Source: Flavobacteriaceae bacterium (GTDB taxonomy: Bacteria > Bacteroidota > Bacteroidia > Flavobacteriales > Flavobacteriaceae). From it: a stretch of DNA of 32,000 nt. The notes beneath the pieces are model-generated. The model was not told the DNA's origin. It did no database searches and saw only the letters and a list, made by a program, of their open reading frames with translations. The position numbers and the translations under genes were made by a program. The DNA lies in contig OZ245049.1 of NCBI GenBank assembly GCA_965224465.1, positions 4,020,001 through 4,052,000 on the forward strand, given 5' to 3'. Below are positions 17,957 through 30,900 of this stretch, piece by piece. How positions within the stretch are numbered: the stretch's first letter is position 1; each line of letters begins with the position of its first letter.

Positions 17957-18108
17957 CAATCCAAAATGACCTATATAAATAGTTTATTTTACGTTCTAGC
18001 ATTGCTAAAAAAATAGAACGATAAAGGCTGTCCATCCATTTTTTACCTAGCTAAAACAAAAAAATAATTCCATTTCTAAACCGTCACTTGGAAAAGTAGT
18101 TGGTATTA
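17957..18108 (+). repeat. Dispersed intergenic repeat, copy 4 (modules A and B, degenerate)
   Basis: Has the same caatccaaaatgacc head and module B tail as the other copies. Indels in module A truncate the mini-ORF to 16 codons (17966-18016) and erode the gatagc/gctatc hairpin. Confidence 0.85.
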
Positions 18109-18343
18109 GTGATTGTTGAAGGAGCTAATAGGAGCAGTCAATTTTATTTTTAACCAGATTTTTAAGAAAAATAGGGGTGCAAATAGTGTTTGTTTTCTTT
18201 TTTTTTGTCTCTTTTCAATTCCTCCGTCTAAAATATATAAAAAATATTTTCTCGCATAAAAACGCTAAAGTGGTGTCTGTGAAGTTCTTTAGTTTTGTGT
18301 TTTTAAAGATGTTTTAAAAACACAAAAATAAGTCTCAAAAAGC

Positions 18344-18374
18344 TTTGTGGATAAGGAAAAGGCTCTTATATTTG
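18344..18374 (+). promoter_or_regulatory. Bacteroidota-type promoter of tRNA-Asp copy 2
   Basis: TTTG (18344-18347), a 19-bp spacer, then TAtaTTTG (18367-18374). Nearly identical to 17482-17512. Confidence 0.6.
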
Positions 18375-18391
18375 CAACCGCTAAGAGCAAC

Positions 18392-18465
18392 GGTCTGGTA
18401 GTTCAGCTGGTTAGAATACCTGCCTGTCACGCAGGGGGTCGCGGGTTCGAGTCCCGTCCAGACCG
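18392..18465 (+). tRNA. tRNA-Asp (anticodon GUC), second identical copy
   Basis: Sequence is identical to 17530-17603. Confidence 0.93.
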
Positions 18466-18470
18466 CAAAA

Positions 18471-18500
18471 AGCATCTCAATTTTGAGATGCTTTTTTTTT
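18471..18500 (+). terminator. Rho-independent terminator after tRNA-Asp copy 2
   Basis: The same agcatctca-attt-tgagatgct hairpin, followed by a T10 run. Confidence 0.8.
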
Positions 18501-18909
18501 TGGAATAAATTGATCTTTTTGATTCCTGAGAGTATACATTATTTTGTTAAGTAGTTTCTTTATGTTGAGTCAAAGATGCTTTAAAGTAACGCATGTTAAC
18601 CGTTTATTGCTGTTTTTGGGTATTTTGTTGTTTAAGAGTGTTTTGATTTATAAAAAAGCAGAAAAACTCTTTTTTTTTGTATATTTGCTCGCATTATATG
18701 TAAGGTTGTCAACTAGTTTAAACACTATAAAGTTTTTTTAACTCCTTTTATATATGAATACTCCCCCAAAAATCTCAAAAAATCTTTTAAGTAGCGTCTG
18801 TCTGTTTTATTACAGTGTAGACCTGTAAGCTTTCCCTAATTTTATAATACCTCTATTGTAGGCTTCACAGCATTACATGTTTAAGTATGTCATTATTTAA
18901 ATATGTATT

Positions 18910-21900
18910 ATGAAAAAAAATTACAATTCAAAATTACCAATTTCCACCTTAAAGGCTTGTTTATTCAGTTCTAAATCTTTTTTAAGAGGATTAATATTTT
19001 TGATGTTGTTTAGTAGCACTACAAATATATTTGCATTTCCAATTGATTTTGGTTTTGTAAGTACTTTTGTGAAAGCAAAAATTAAATATGAATTTACTTC
19101 GGATGTGTCTATAATAAGGACAGCACCTATTCACCTTTCTATAGAAGAGGAAAATATTAGCGATAAGAATTTTGCAGATATGGCAATTATTGACGATGCT
19201 GATGGGGATGGAGTTCAAGATATAGATGATTATTGTCCAGACACTCCAACAGGAGTTACCGTCAATAATAAAGGCTGTCCAGATTCAGATGGTGATGGTG
19301 TTTTTGATGATGTAGACTTAGATGATGATAATGATGGTATTTCAGATATTGATGAAGGCTATGAAGTTTGCGTTCAAACACATACTGTAAATGTTACAGC
19401 TGGTGGTTTTTCTCATAACCTTACTCCAGGAGGAGGGAATTTTTATCCTGGATGTGATAGAGGGAATGGTAATACTTCAGCATCTAATACCAGTATACAG
19501 ACGGAAAACGATAAGACGGGTACGTATTATTGGAGAACTAGTTTTAGGACGCTTCCTGGAGTGCCTGTTCGAATTAGAGTATCGGGAAATATTCACAATA
19601 CAAATCACCCAGGTTTTACTTCGTCTACTATAAGTGTAAGTGGAGGTGGAAGTATGAGTTTGTCTAAGAATGGACCAACTTCTAGAACAGCCACATATAC
19701 CATTAATTCTCCAGGCTCAAGTGTTAGTATTTACGCCACATTTAATATTAATAACAATGCGTGTCAATGGGCACCTGAAGCTAGTTATTCAGTGTATGCT
19801 TATCCGCAATCTACTCCAGACACTCGTTATTCTTGTTCTTCTAGAGATACAGATGGTGATGGAATTCCAAATCATTTAGATTTAGATAGTGATGGAGATG
19901 GCTGTTCAGATGCTTTGGAAGCTGGAATCGCAAAAGATAAAGTTACAAACGGTGTTGTTGCAGGTCCTTATGGGACAAATGGTTTGGCGAATAGTTTAGA
20001 AACCAATGATACAGATACAGCAACTACAAATTATTACTCACATTATTCAAGCATTGGTTTGAATTCGAGTATCAATGGTTGTGATTCTACAGATAGTGAT
20101 TCTGATGGAGTTACAGATGTTTTTGATATAGATGATGACAATGATGGAGTATTGGATGTGTCTGAGAAATCTTTAGGTTGTGCTGTTTATACAACGCACA
20201 ATGTTGGAGCTTTTACATATGTAGGAGATGACAATGTAGTGATGAATGCTACAAATAATGAGGTTACCTTAAAAAATTCAGGTTGGGATAATGCCTATGC
20301 AACCCAACTCTTAGATTTGCCGATTCATTTAGAGTTTAAAAACCCTACGACTAGTGGTACTGGGATGATCGGGCTTACACCTGAGTCTGTTTCAACAGTA
20401 GCAGGTGGGAGTCATGTAGATGGTGCCACATATCGTTTTTATAGCGCCACTTCTACCATGTATTATTACGATGCAGGACATGTAAGAAGAAATGCGGGAA
20501 CCTTAGATACAACAGCTACTTATAGCATAGATATAGATGTGGATGGAAATGTAACCTATTCTAAAAATAATGTTGTTATTTCTAATGGGGTAGGAGATTA
20601 TCAAGGGAAATATAGATTGAGATTTTCTAGCAATGTAACGGAAACGTATTCAGACATTGTATTAACTTCAGGAAGTGTAGTAGGGTTAAACAATTGTGAT
20701 AATTTTGATATTGATAATGATGGTATTTACAATTGGTTAGATCTAGACAGTGACGGTGATGGATGCTCTGATGCTCAAGAATCCAGTGTTCCCCGTAGTT
20801 CCTTAGAAAATGCAACTTCTCCAGCCTTGGATAATGCAATTGCTACAGGACCTTATGGAGTTAATGGATTGGCGAATAGCTTAGAAGGAGGAGATGATAG
20901 TTTTGGGGCGAATATTACGTATAATTCTACATTTGAACTCGCCTTATCGACATCTTTAAATGCGTGTGCAGATACAGACGGAGATGGCGTTGGTGATTTG
21001 CTAGATATTGATGATGATAATGATGGCGTGTTAGATGCCGTAGAATCACCTGCATGTTTTTATTCAGAAGCAGAGGCAAAAATAATTACAAATATTACTT
21101 CAGCGATGGCAGTTGAATCAGCATCAAGACCTTATACAAATGCTTTTGATGGAGATGATAGTACGTCGAGTTATACAGGATTTGTACCTAATAAAAGCGG
21201 AATAGGTATTTCTGTATACGAAATTACACCTACTGTTCCATTGGCAGTACAGAGCATCGATTTTTCGATGTATAATTTAGCCTTTACCAATGGAGCTGCA
21301 AACAAAGTAAAATTACAAGGATTTGTAAATGGTACATGGGAAGACTTAAGTGTTGCCGCCAATAAGACGGTGATAAATGCAAGAGAAACATTTACCAATA
21401 CGATACATCCAACTAAGATTTATAAAAAATATAGAATTACAGGAGCGTCAGGTGTTGTTTATTATGCACGTGTAAAAGAAGTTTATTTGAATCTAAATAA
21501 CTACAAGGCATCCTTAAATAACAAGCTTACGTGTACAGCAGATACAGATGGAGATGGGAAATTAAATCACTTAGATTTAGATTCGGATGGTGATGGGTGT
21601 TCCGATGCTGTAGAAGCAGGAAATACGTTGGTATCTGATAATAATATCGCTGATTTCTCAACAGGAGCAGACGTCAATCAAAATGGATTGATAGATAAAT
21701 TTGAAGAAGGAACTTCTGGGACAATTAATTATGTTTCTAGTTATAGTCCGTTAGCGATGACAAGTTCTTTAAATGCGTGTGCAGATACAGACGGCGATGG
21801 CGTTGGTGATTTGCTAGATATTGATGATGATAATGATGGGGTATTAGATGCCGTAGAATCACCTGCTTGTTTTTATTCAGAAGCAGAGGCGAAAATAATT

Positions 21901-24900
21901 ACAAATATTACTTCAGCGATGGCAGTTGAATCAGCATCAAGACCTTATACAAATGCTTTTGATGGAGATGATAGTACGTCGAGTTATACAGGGTTTGTAC
22001 CTAATAAAAGCGGAATAGGTATTTCTGTATACGAAATTACACCTACGATTCCATTGGCAGTACAAAGCATCGATTTTTCGATGTATAATTTAGCCTTTAC
22101 CAATGGAGCTGCAAACAAAGTAAAATTACAAGGATTTGTAAATGGTACATGGGAAGATTTAAGTATTGCCGCCAATAAGACGGTGATAAATACAAAAGAA
22201 ACATTTACCAATACGATACATCCAACAAAGGTTTATAAAAAATATAGAATTACAGGAGCGTCAGGTGTTGTTTATTATGCACGTGTAAAAGAAGTTTATT
22301 TGAATCCAAATAATTACAAGGCATCCTTAAATAACAAGCCTACGTGTACAGCAGATACAGATGGAGATGGGAAATTGAATCACTTAGATTTAGATACAGA
22401 TGGCGATGGATGTTCCGATGCTGTAGAAGCAGGAAATACGTTGGTATCTGATAATAATAGTGCTGATTTCTCAACAGGAGCAGACGTCAATCAAAATGGA
22501 TTGTTAGATAAATTTGAAGATGGAACTTCGGGGACAATTAACTATGTCTCTAGTTACAGTCCGTTAGCGATGACAAGTTCTTTAAATGCGTGTGCAGATA
22601 CAGACGGCGATGGCGTTGGTGACTTGCTAGATATAGATGATGATAATGATGGGGTATTAGATGCCGTAGAATCACCTGCTTGTTTTTATTCAGAAGCAGA
22701 GGCGAAAATAATTACAAATATTACTTCAGCGATGGCAGTTGAATCAGCATCAAGACCTTATACAAATGCTTTTGATGGAGATGATAGTACGTCGAGTTAT
22801 ACAGGGTTTGTACCTAATAAAAGCGGAATAGGTATTTCTGTATACGAAATTACACCTACGATTCCATTGGCAGTACAAAGCATCGATTTTTCGATGTATA
22901 ATTTAGCCTTTACCAATGGAGCTGCAAACAAAGTAAAATTACAAGGATTTGTAAATGGTACATGGGAAGATTTAAGTATTGCCGCCAATAAGACGGTGAT
23001 AAATACAAAAGAAACATTTACCAATACGATACATCCAACAAAGGTTTATAAAAAATATAGAATTACAGGAGCGTCAGGTGTTGTTTATTATGCACGTGTA
23101 AAAGAAGTTTATTTGAATCCAAATAATTACAAGGCATCCTTAAATAACAAGCCTACGTGTACAGCAGATACAGATGGAGATGGGAAATTGAATCACTTAG
23201 ATTTAGATACAGATGGCGATGGATGTTCCGATGCTGTAGAAGCAGGAAATACGTTGGTATCTGATAATAATAGTGCTGATTTCTCAACAGGAGCAGACGT
23301 CAATCAAAATGGATTGTTAGATAAATTTGAAGATGGAACTTCGGGGACAATTAACTATGTCTCTAGTTACAGTCCGTTAGCGACAACTAGTTCTTTAAAT
23401 GCGTGTGCAGATACAGACGGCGATGGCGTTGGTGATTTACTAGATATTGATGATGATAATGATGGCGTGTTAGATGCTGTTGAATCACCTGCTTGTTTTT
23501 ATTCAGAAGCAGAGGCAAAAGTAATTACAAATATTACTTCAGCGATGGCAGTTGAGTCAGCATCAAGACCTTATACAAATGCTTTTGATGGAGATGATAG
23601 TACGTCGAGTTATACAGGGTTTGTACCTAATAAAAGCGGAATAGGTATTTCTGTATACGAAATTACACCTACTGTTCCATTGGCAGTACAAAGCATCGAT
23701 TTTTCGATGTATAATTTAGCCTTTACCAATGGAGCTGCAAACAAAGTAAAATTACAAGGATTTGTAAATGGTACATGGGAAGACTTAAGTGTTGCCGCCA
23801 ATAAGACGGTGGTAAATGCGAAAGAAACATTTACCAATACAATACATCCAACTAAGATTTATAAAAAATATAGAATTACAGGAGCGTCAGGTGTTGTTTA
23901 TTATGCACGTGTAAAAGAAGTTTATTTGAATCCAAATAACTACAAGGCGTCCTTAAATAACAAACCTACGTGTACAGCAGATACAGATGGAGATGGGGAA
24001 TTAAATCACTTAGATTTAGATACAGATGGCGATGGATGTTCCGATGCTGTAGAAGCAGGAAATACGTTGGTATCTGATAATAATAGTACTGATTTCTCAA
24101 CAGGAGCAGACGTCAATCAAAATGGATTGTTAGATAAATTTGAAGACGGAACTTCTGGAGAAATAAACTATACATCTACTTATGGATTGAATGCATTAGA
24201 TGATCAACGTGATGCGTGTGCAGATACAGATGGAGATGGTGTTGGTGACTTAATTGATATTGATGATGATAATGATGGGATATTGGATGTTGACGAACAA
24301 GAGAATTGTGTAGTGTCAAATGGACCATTGTCAAATTCTGTAGTTTGTGATACAACAAGAGATACTGATAGTTGGATTGTATGGAAATCTTCCGTCGGAG
24401 GAATTTCAAAAGGAATTATTACAATAGCAGGACAGGAAGTAGAGGTAACCATGACGGGTAATAACTACAATGGTTTACATAATGTTTATCACGCTCCTTT
24501 ATGGGGGGCTTCTGCACATTGTCCGAGCACAACAAATTCAGACTATATACCTTCACCTCTAATAAATAATACAGGAGCATATAAATTAACGTTTTCAAAA
24601 CCTATATATATGCCTAGAATGCATATCTGGTCTATGGGAGCTGGGGCAACAAGACCTTATATGGACTTTGATAAGAACATTGTTTTGATTAAGAATTATT
24701 CAATAACCGTTGATGAATCAACAGATATAGTAAGAGCAACCAATCATGGTCATGGAGGAAATGGAACCATTCAATTTACAGATGGTTTTGTAAGTGAAAT
24801 TGATTGGGTAGTAGGAGTTGCTGAAGGTTGGTGGACTATAAATATCTCTACATCTGGATTTAAAACAACAGGAACAGGATCAGGTACTGGAAGTTGTAGT

Positions 24901-27900
24901 GATATAGATACAGATAATGACGGAACTCCTAATCGCTTGGATTTAGATTCGGATGGCGATGGATGTTCAGATGCTGTAGAGGCTTCCAATACTTTAGTAG
25001 CGAATAATAATATTACGGATTATCCTACAGGAGCAGACGTCAATCAAAATGGATTGTTAGATAAATTTGAAGATGGAACTTCGGGAGAAATAAACTATAC
25101 ATCTACTTATGGATTGAATGCATTAGATGATCAACGTGATGCGTGTGCAGATACAGATGGAGATGGTGTTGGTGACTTAATCGATATTGATGATGATAAT
25201 GATGGGATATTGGATATAGATGAATCTAATTGTAATAAAATAACGACTCTTAGTCCAAGTGATTTGACATGGCATGGGACGGCAGCAGGAAATATATCAT
25301 CTACAGATGGAACAACATTAACTGTTTCTGGTGCTGCTTGGCAAAACACCTATTCGGATCAAATATTTAGTTTACCAATTACAGTTGTAGGTAAAATTAC
25401 TTCTGTGAGTAATGGGATGATAGGCTTGTTAGGTTTGAATCAATCAGAAATAACGAGTTCATGGAATGATGGAGGTTATAAGTTTCAATTTGATGCTTCA
25501 AATGGGATGTATGTTAGAAATGGGGCAAATTCAAATGGTTGGTTTTCTCCTTCCATATTGAATAAGCCATTTAAGATAGAAGTTGATATTGAAGGGAATA
25601 TTAAGTATTATCATAATGGTGTAGTAGTGTTTACTGGAACGATACCTGTACAGAAATATAAGCTAACGATTTCTAGAGGAGCTTTTACAGTCGAAGATTT
25701 TTCAGTAGTTCTAGTTGATTCAAATTGTGAGGATATAGATACAGATAATGATGGAACTCCTAATCGCTTGGATTTAGATTCGGATGGCGATGGATGTTCA
25801 GATGCTGTAGAGGCTTCCAATACTTTAGTAGCGAATAATAATATTACGGATTATCCTACAGGAGCAGACGTCAATCAAAATGGATTGTTAGATAAATTTG
25901 AAGATGGAACTTCGGGAGAAATAAATTATATAGCTACCTATAAAGAGAATGCATTAGATGCTCAAAGAGATTCTTGTGCAGATACTGATGGTGACGGTAT
26001 TGGTGACTTAATTGATATTGATGATGATAATGATGGGATATTGGATGCTGATGAATGTCCTAGTTCCGCAAGGTATGCTTTATCGAATGTAGATGATTTT
26101 AATTTTACTGCAGGTGATCTATCAGGGACTCAAAATGCGACAAAGGATATTAGTCATAGGTGGGGTTTACCTTTAGGTTCAATTATAGTTAGTGTAAAAA
26201 ATGCAAGTACCATTTCTAGTGGTTCGGCTGTAACAGGGGGGGCGCATGCAAATGTTGAATATACTTTTTCTGGAAATATGCCTGTATACTTAAGAGTAAA
26301 ACAAGGAGGTTCCATTGGGGCAGGTGTATCCGAAGGGTTTATAGCGACAGATAATGTGTCTTATGCTTTTGTGTCTACGCTGTCCAATACGGGTTTAAAA
26401 GCTGTAAAATCAGGAAATGATTATTCGGTAAAAAATAATACGAGTTCATATATAAACAATGGGACAGGTTTTATATGGGATTCCAATGATGAAGTATCAA
26501 AATTGAGTGTATACACTACTAGTACAAATGTTAATTCAAATTATACAATCATTTTAAGACCATCCAATCCAAATTCATGTCCTGATACGGATAATGATTC
26601 GATACCTGACTATTTAGATTTAGATTCAGACAACGATGGTATCTATGATGCCGTAGAGGCAGGTCATGGAATGGCTGTTTCTCCAAAAGGAGATTCAAAT
26701 GCAGGTCGTTTAGTTGATACAAACGTAGGTGCTAATGGATTTGTGAATGCATTAGAAGAAGGTACGGAGACGGGAATTTATATTTCAACCTATAACAATG
26801 GAGAGGGGCCTGTAAATTCTGATGGAACGGGTGCGTTTGATGCTGCAGATACCGATAGTGATGATGATGGCTGTTTAGATGTAGATGAAGCCTATAATAA
26901 TTTATCTTCAACATCATTAGATACAGATTCAAATGGAACTTATGGAGCTACAGGAACAAATACTAGTGGTTATGTAGATGAAAATGGGACTGTTGTAGCT
27001 GCAAGTTATGCTGCTCCAATTGATGGAAATAATGATGGTAAAGCAGATTATACACAGGCAGGTTTGGCAATATCAAGTTTTGCGAAAATCAATTCTCTGT
27101 CGCCATTAACGGAAGAGAAGTCTGTTGGTGAATCTCATAATATCACAGCTAGTTTAACAAGTGTGAATTTATTTAGTGTAGTTCTTAATTGGATTGTAAG
27201 TACTGATGAAGGAGTGACATGGACCGCATTGACTAATGATGATGAGTATGCAGGAGTGCATACTATTACATTGAATATCAAAAGTGTAACTAGTGCAATG
27301 AATAATGCACATTATAAATTGGTGATTTATGCAAATAACAATGTATGTAGTTCTATTACTTCAGATGACACCAGTGTATTAACTGTAAATGATTGTGAAA
27401 TTGATTTGACAAATGCCAGTTTTGGTCCAAGTGCTCCTACTACTTGTAGTCCTGCTTCTGATGGAACTATAAAAATTACAAATGCAGGATTGAATGCAGG
27501 AGCTAGTTATATTGTGAAATATAAAGATACGAGTCTTACGGATCAAACGATAACTTTAATAGCAAATGCATCTGGAGCGTTGTTAATCCCTAGTTTAGTA
27601 GAGGGGAGTTATACTGATTTCGTGATAAGCAGTAGTACCAATACAACATGTACTGCATCTTATGATGCTACGGTTACAATTGTGAAGTTTGTATCTGATT
27701 TTAATGTAAGTTTATCTAAAACAGGTGAAACGTCTTACAACGCAGAAGATGGTACAATTAAAATTATTCCTTCTGGAGGAACTCCTTCATATACAAGTTC
27801 TATTAAGTTGGAAGGGAGTACAACGGAACTGTGGACGGCAGAGACAACACCTAATTTAAAACCAGGAAAATATATTATTTTGGTAACAGATGGGAATGGT

Positions 27901-30900
27901 TGTTCATTTGGAGATGATGTATTAATAGAAGAAGTTCCAGCGTGTACTGTAGATGTTACAATCACTCCGAGTAAGGAAAAGATTTTATGTTTTGGAGATA
28001 CGGATATTACATTGACGGCAACGGCTACAATACCTTCAGGATCCTCAGCAACAACACCATTGGTGTATGTTTGGACAAATGGATCAGGAGATGAAATAGG
28101 AACGAATGCTAGTGTAAGTGGATTGGGAGCAGGAACCTATAAAGTGGTTGTAAGTTCTACTGTTGGAGGTGTTTCTTGTGAAGGAGCTCAGGAGACATTT
28201 ACAATACGTCAACCATCAGCAGTATTAACGGCAAGCATAGATTCAAAAGATGTTACTTCGGTAAGTCCGGGGGACGAAGGAGAAGTATGGGTTGTAGCCT
28301 CTGGAGGAACAGCCGCTTATTCGTATCTATGGACAAATAGTACAGGAGTCTCTATAGGAACTACAGATAGAATTACAGGACTGTCCAAAGGGACTTACTC
28401 GGTAGTTGTAACGGATGCAAATGGTTGTGAAACGGTAAAGTTATCCACAACTATTGCAGCACCAGGCTGCTTTACGATAAGCAATACCACAGGAGATGTT
28501 GCCTTAAAATGCAATGGGAATCGTACCGATTTGACCATTAGTTTAAATGATGCATCTTCCAATTATACAATTTTATGGACTACAACAGATGGTGACCTTA
28601 CAGGAATTACAAGCAATCAGCTTACGGTTTCAGGAGTAGGAGTCGGATCTTATTTGGTGACTGTCGTAGACAATACATTAGGTTGTACAAAAACAGCAAC
28701 ATTTAATGTAACAGAAAACCTTAAGATATCTGGTGTTATAGATATTGTACAGGTAAAATGTAAAGGAGGAACTACAGGAAGTTTGGATCTAAGTATTACA
28801 GGAGGAACAGGAACATATACTTATGTATGGTCTTCTAGCAATGTAGATTTGACATCTTATACAATAACCGACCAAGATTTAATAGGTGTTCCAGCAGGTT
28901 CGTATAAAGTAACCATTAAGGATGGTAACAATTGTGAAAAAGAAGTCATAGCTACGATAACAGAACCTTCAAGTGCTCTTTCTGCACAGGTAATCTCGGA
29001 TAACGAGCAGTCTTACAATGCGGAAGATGGGAGTATAAAAATAGTGCCTTCTGGAGGAACTCCTTCATATACAAGTTCTATCAAATTAGAAGGGAGTACA
29101 ACGGAACTGTGGACGGCAGAGACAACACCTAATTTAAAACCAGGGAAATATATTATTTTGGTAACAGATGGGAATGGTTGTTCATTTGGAGATGATGTAA
29201 TAATAGAAGAAGTTCCAGCGTGTACTGTAGATGTTACAATCACTCCGAGTAAGGAAAAGATTTTATGTTTTGGAGATACGGATATTACATTGACGGCAAC
29301 GGCTACAATACCTTCAGGATCCTCAGCAACAACACCATTGGTGTATGTTTGGACAAATGGATCAGGAGATGAAATAGGAACGAATGCTAGTGTAAGTGGA
29401 TTGGGAGCAGGAACCTATAAAGTGGTTGTAAGTTCTACTGTTGGAGGTGTTTCTTGTGAAGGAGCTCAGGAGACATTTACAATACGTCAACCATCAGCAG
29501 TATTAACAGCAAGCATAGATTCAAAAGATGTTACTTCGGTAAGTCCGGGGGACGAAGGAGAAGTATGGGTTGTAGCCTCTGGTGGAACAGCCGCTTATTC
29601 GTATCTATGGACAAATAGTACAGGAGTCTCTATAGGAACTACAGATAGAATTACAGGACTGTCCAAAGGGACTTACTCGGTAGTTGTAACGGATGCAAAT
29701 GGTTGTGAAACGGTAAAGTTATCCACAACTATTGCAGCACCAGGCTGCTTTACGATAAGCAATACCACAGGAGATGTTGCCTTAAAATGCAATGGGAATC
29801 GTACCGATTTGACCATTAGTTTAAATGATGCATCTTCCAATTATACAATTTTATGGACTACAACAGATGGTGACCTTACAGGAATTACAAGCAATCAGCT
29901 TACAGTTTCAGGAGTAGGAGTCGGATCTTATTTGGTGACTGTCGTAGACAATACATTAGGTTGTACAAAAACAGCAACATTTAATGTAACAGAAAACCTT
30001 AAGATATCTGGTGTTATAGATATTGTACAGGTAAAATGTAAAGGAGGAACTACAGGAAGTTTGGATCTAAGTATTACAGGAGGAACAGGAACATATACTT
30101 ATGTATGGTCTTCTAGCAATGTAGATTTGACATCTTATACAATAACCGACCAAGATTTAATAGGTGTTCCAGCAGGTTCGTATAAAGTAACCATTAAGGA
30201 TGGTAACAATTGTGAAAAAGAAGTCACAGCAGAAATTACTGAACCTGAGACTAGTGTTGAAATCTCAAATGTAGAAACGGTTAAGGAATCGTGTTCAAAT
30301 TGTGAAGATGGAAAAATAATTGTGACTGCAACAGGAGGGACAGGGTCTTATGTGTATAGTATTGATAATGGGGTGACTAGACAAGAAGAAAATATATTTA
30401 CAGCATTGTCTCCAGGGAAGTATAAAGTTACAGTATATGATGCAAATGGATGTTTCGCGAGTGAAGAAGATGTTGAAATTATAGAGGATTTGGCACCAGA
30501 TTACAAGCCTGTAATTTATGCAAATAATGTAATTATAAAAGAAAATGGTGCTGTTGATTTAGCGATACTAGTGATTGAGTTATTGGGGAATGATTCCAAT
30601 GGTACTACAGATGTAGAATTAATCATTAATAAAGGAGCTAGTTACTCTTTAGGAATGGATCCGAATCTAAGCCATTTGAATGGAAAAACACTGGATAATT
30701 CTAATTGGAGATTGGATGATTCACATCCGTCTTTATACAGATTTATTTACACAGGAAATAACGGTATATATAATGGGAACTTGGCTAGTTTTATTGGGGT
30801 TTCATTGACTGTTACTGCTCCAAATCAATCGGGTGATCTACCGATAGGAGTTACGGTAAGATTTGGTTCGGGAGGAGAAATAAGGACGGACAATAATACA

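Noticed and set aside
17808-18035. 75-aa minus-strand ORF next to the tRNA, considered as a possible integrase or mobile-element remnant.
   Set aside because: About one third of it is the reverse complement of repeat copy 4, and the rest is a basic low-complexity tail with no recombinase motifs. There are no flanking att-like partial tRNA repeats.
18297-18323. 9-bp A/U-rich hairpin gtgttttta-N9-taaaaacac upstream of the second tRNA promoter, considered as a terminator.
   Set aside because: No U-tract follows on either strand, and the stem is almost pure A/U. This is not convincing.
18544-18741. 65-aa TTG-initiated ORF upstream of the giant gene.
   Set aside because: It has a non-ATG start in a T-rich, low-complexity leader. 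The product is F/L-rich with no motif. The region more likely holds the adhesin promoter, and a TAtaTTTG occurs at 18680-18687.
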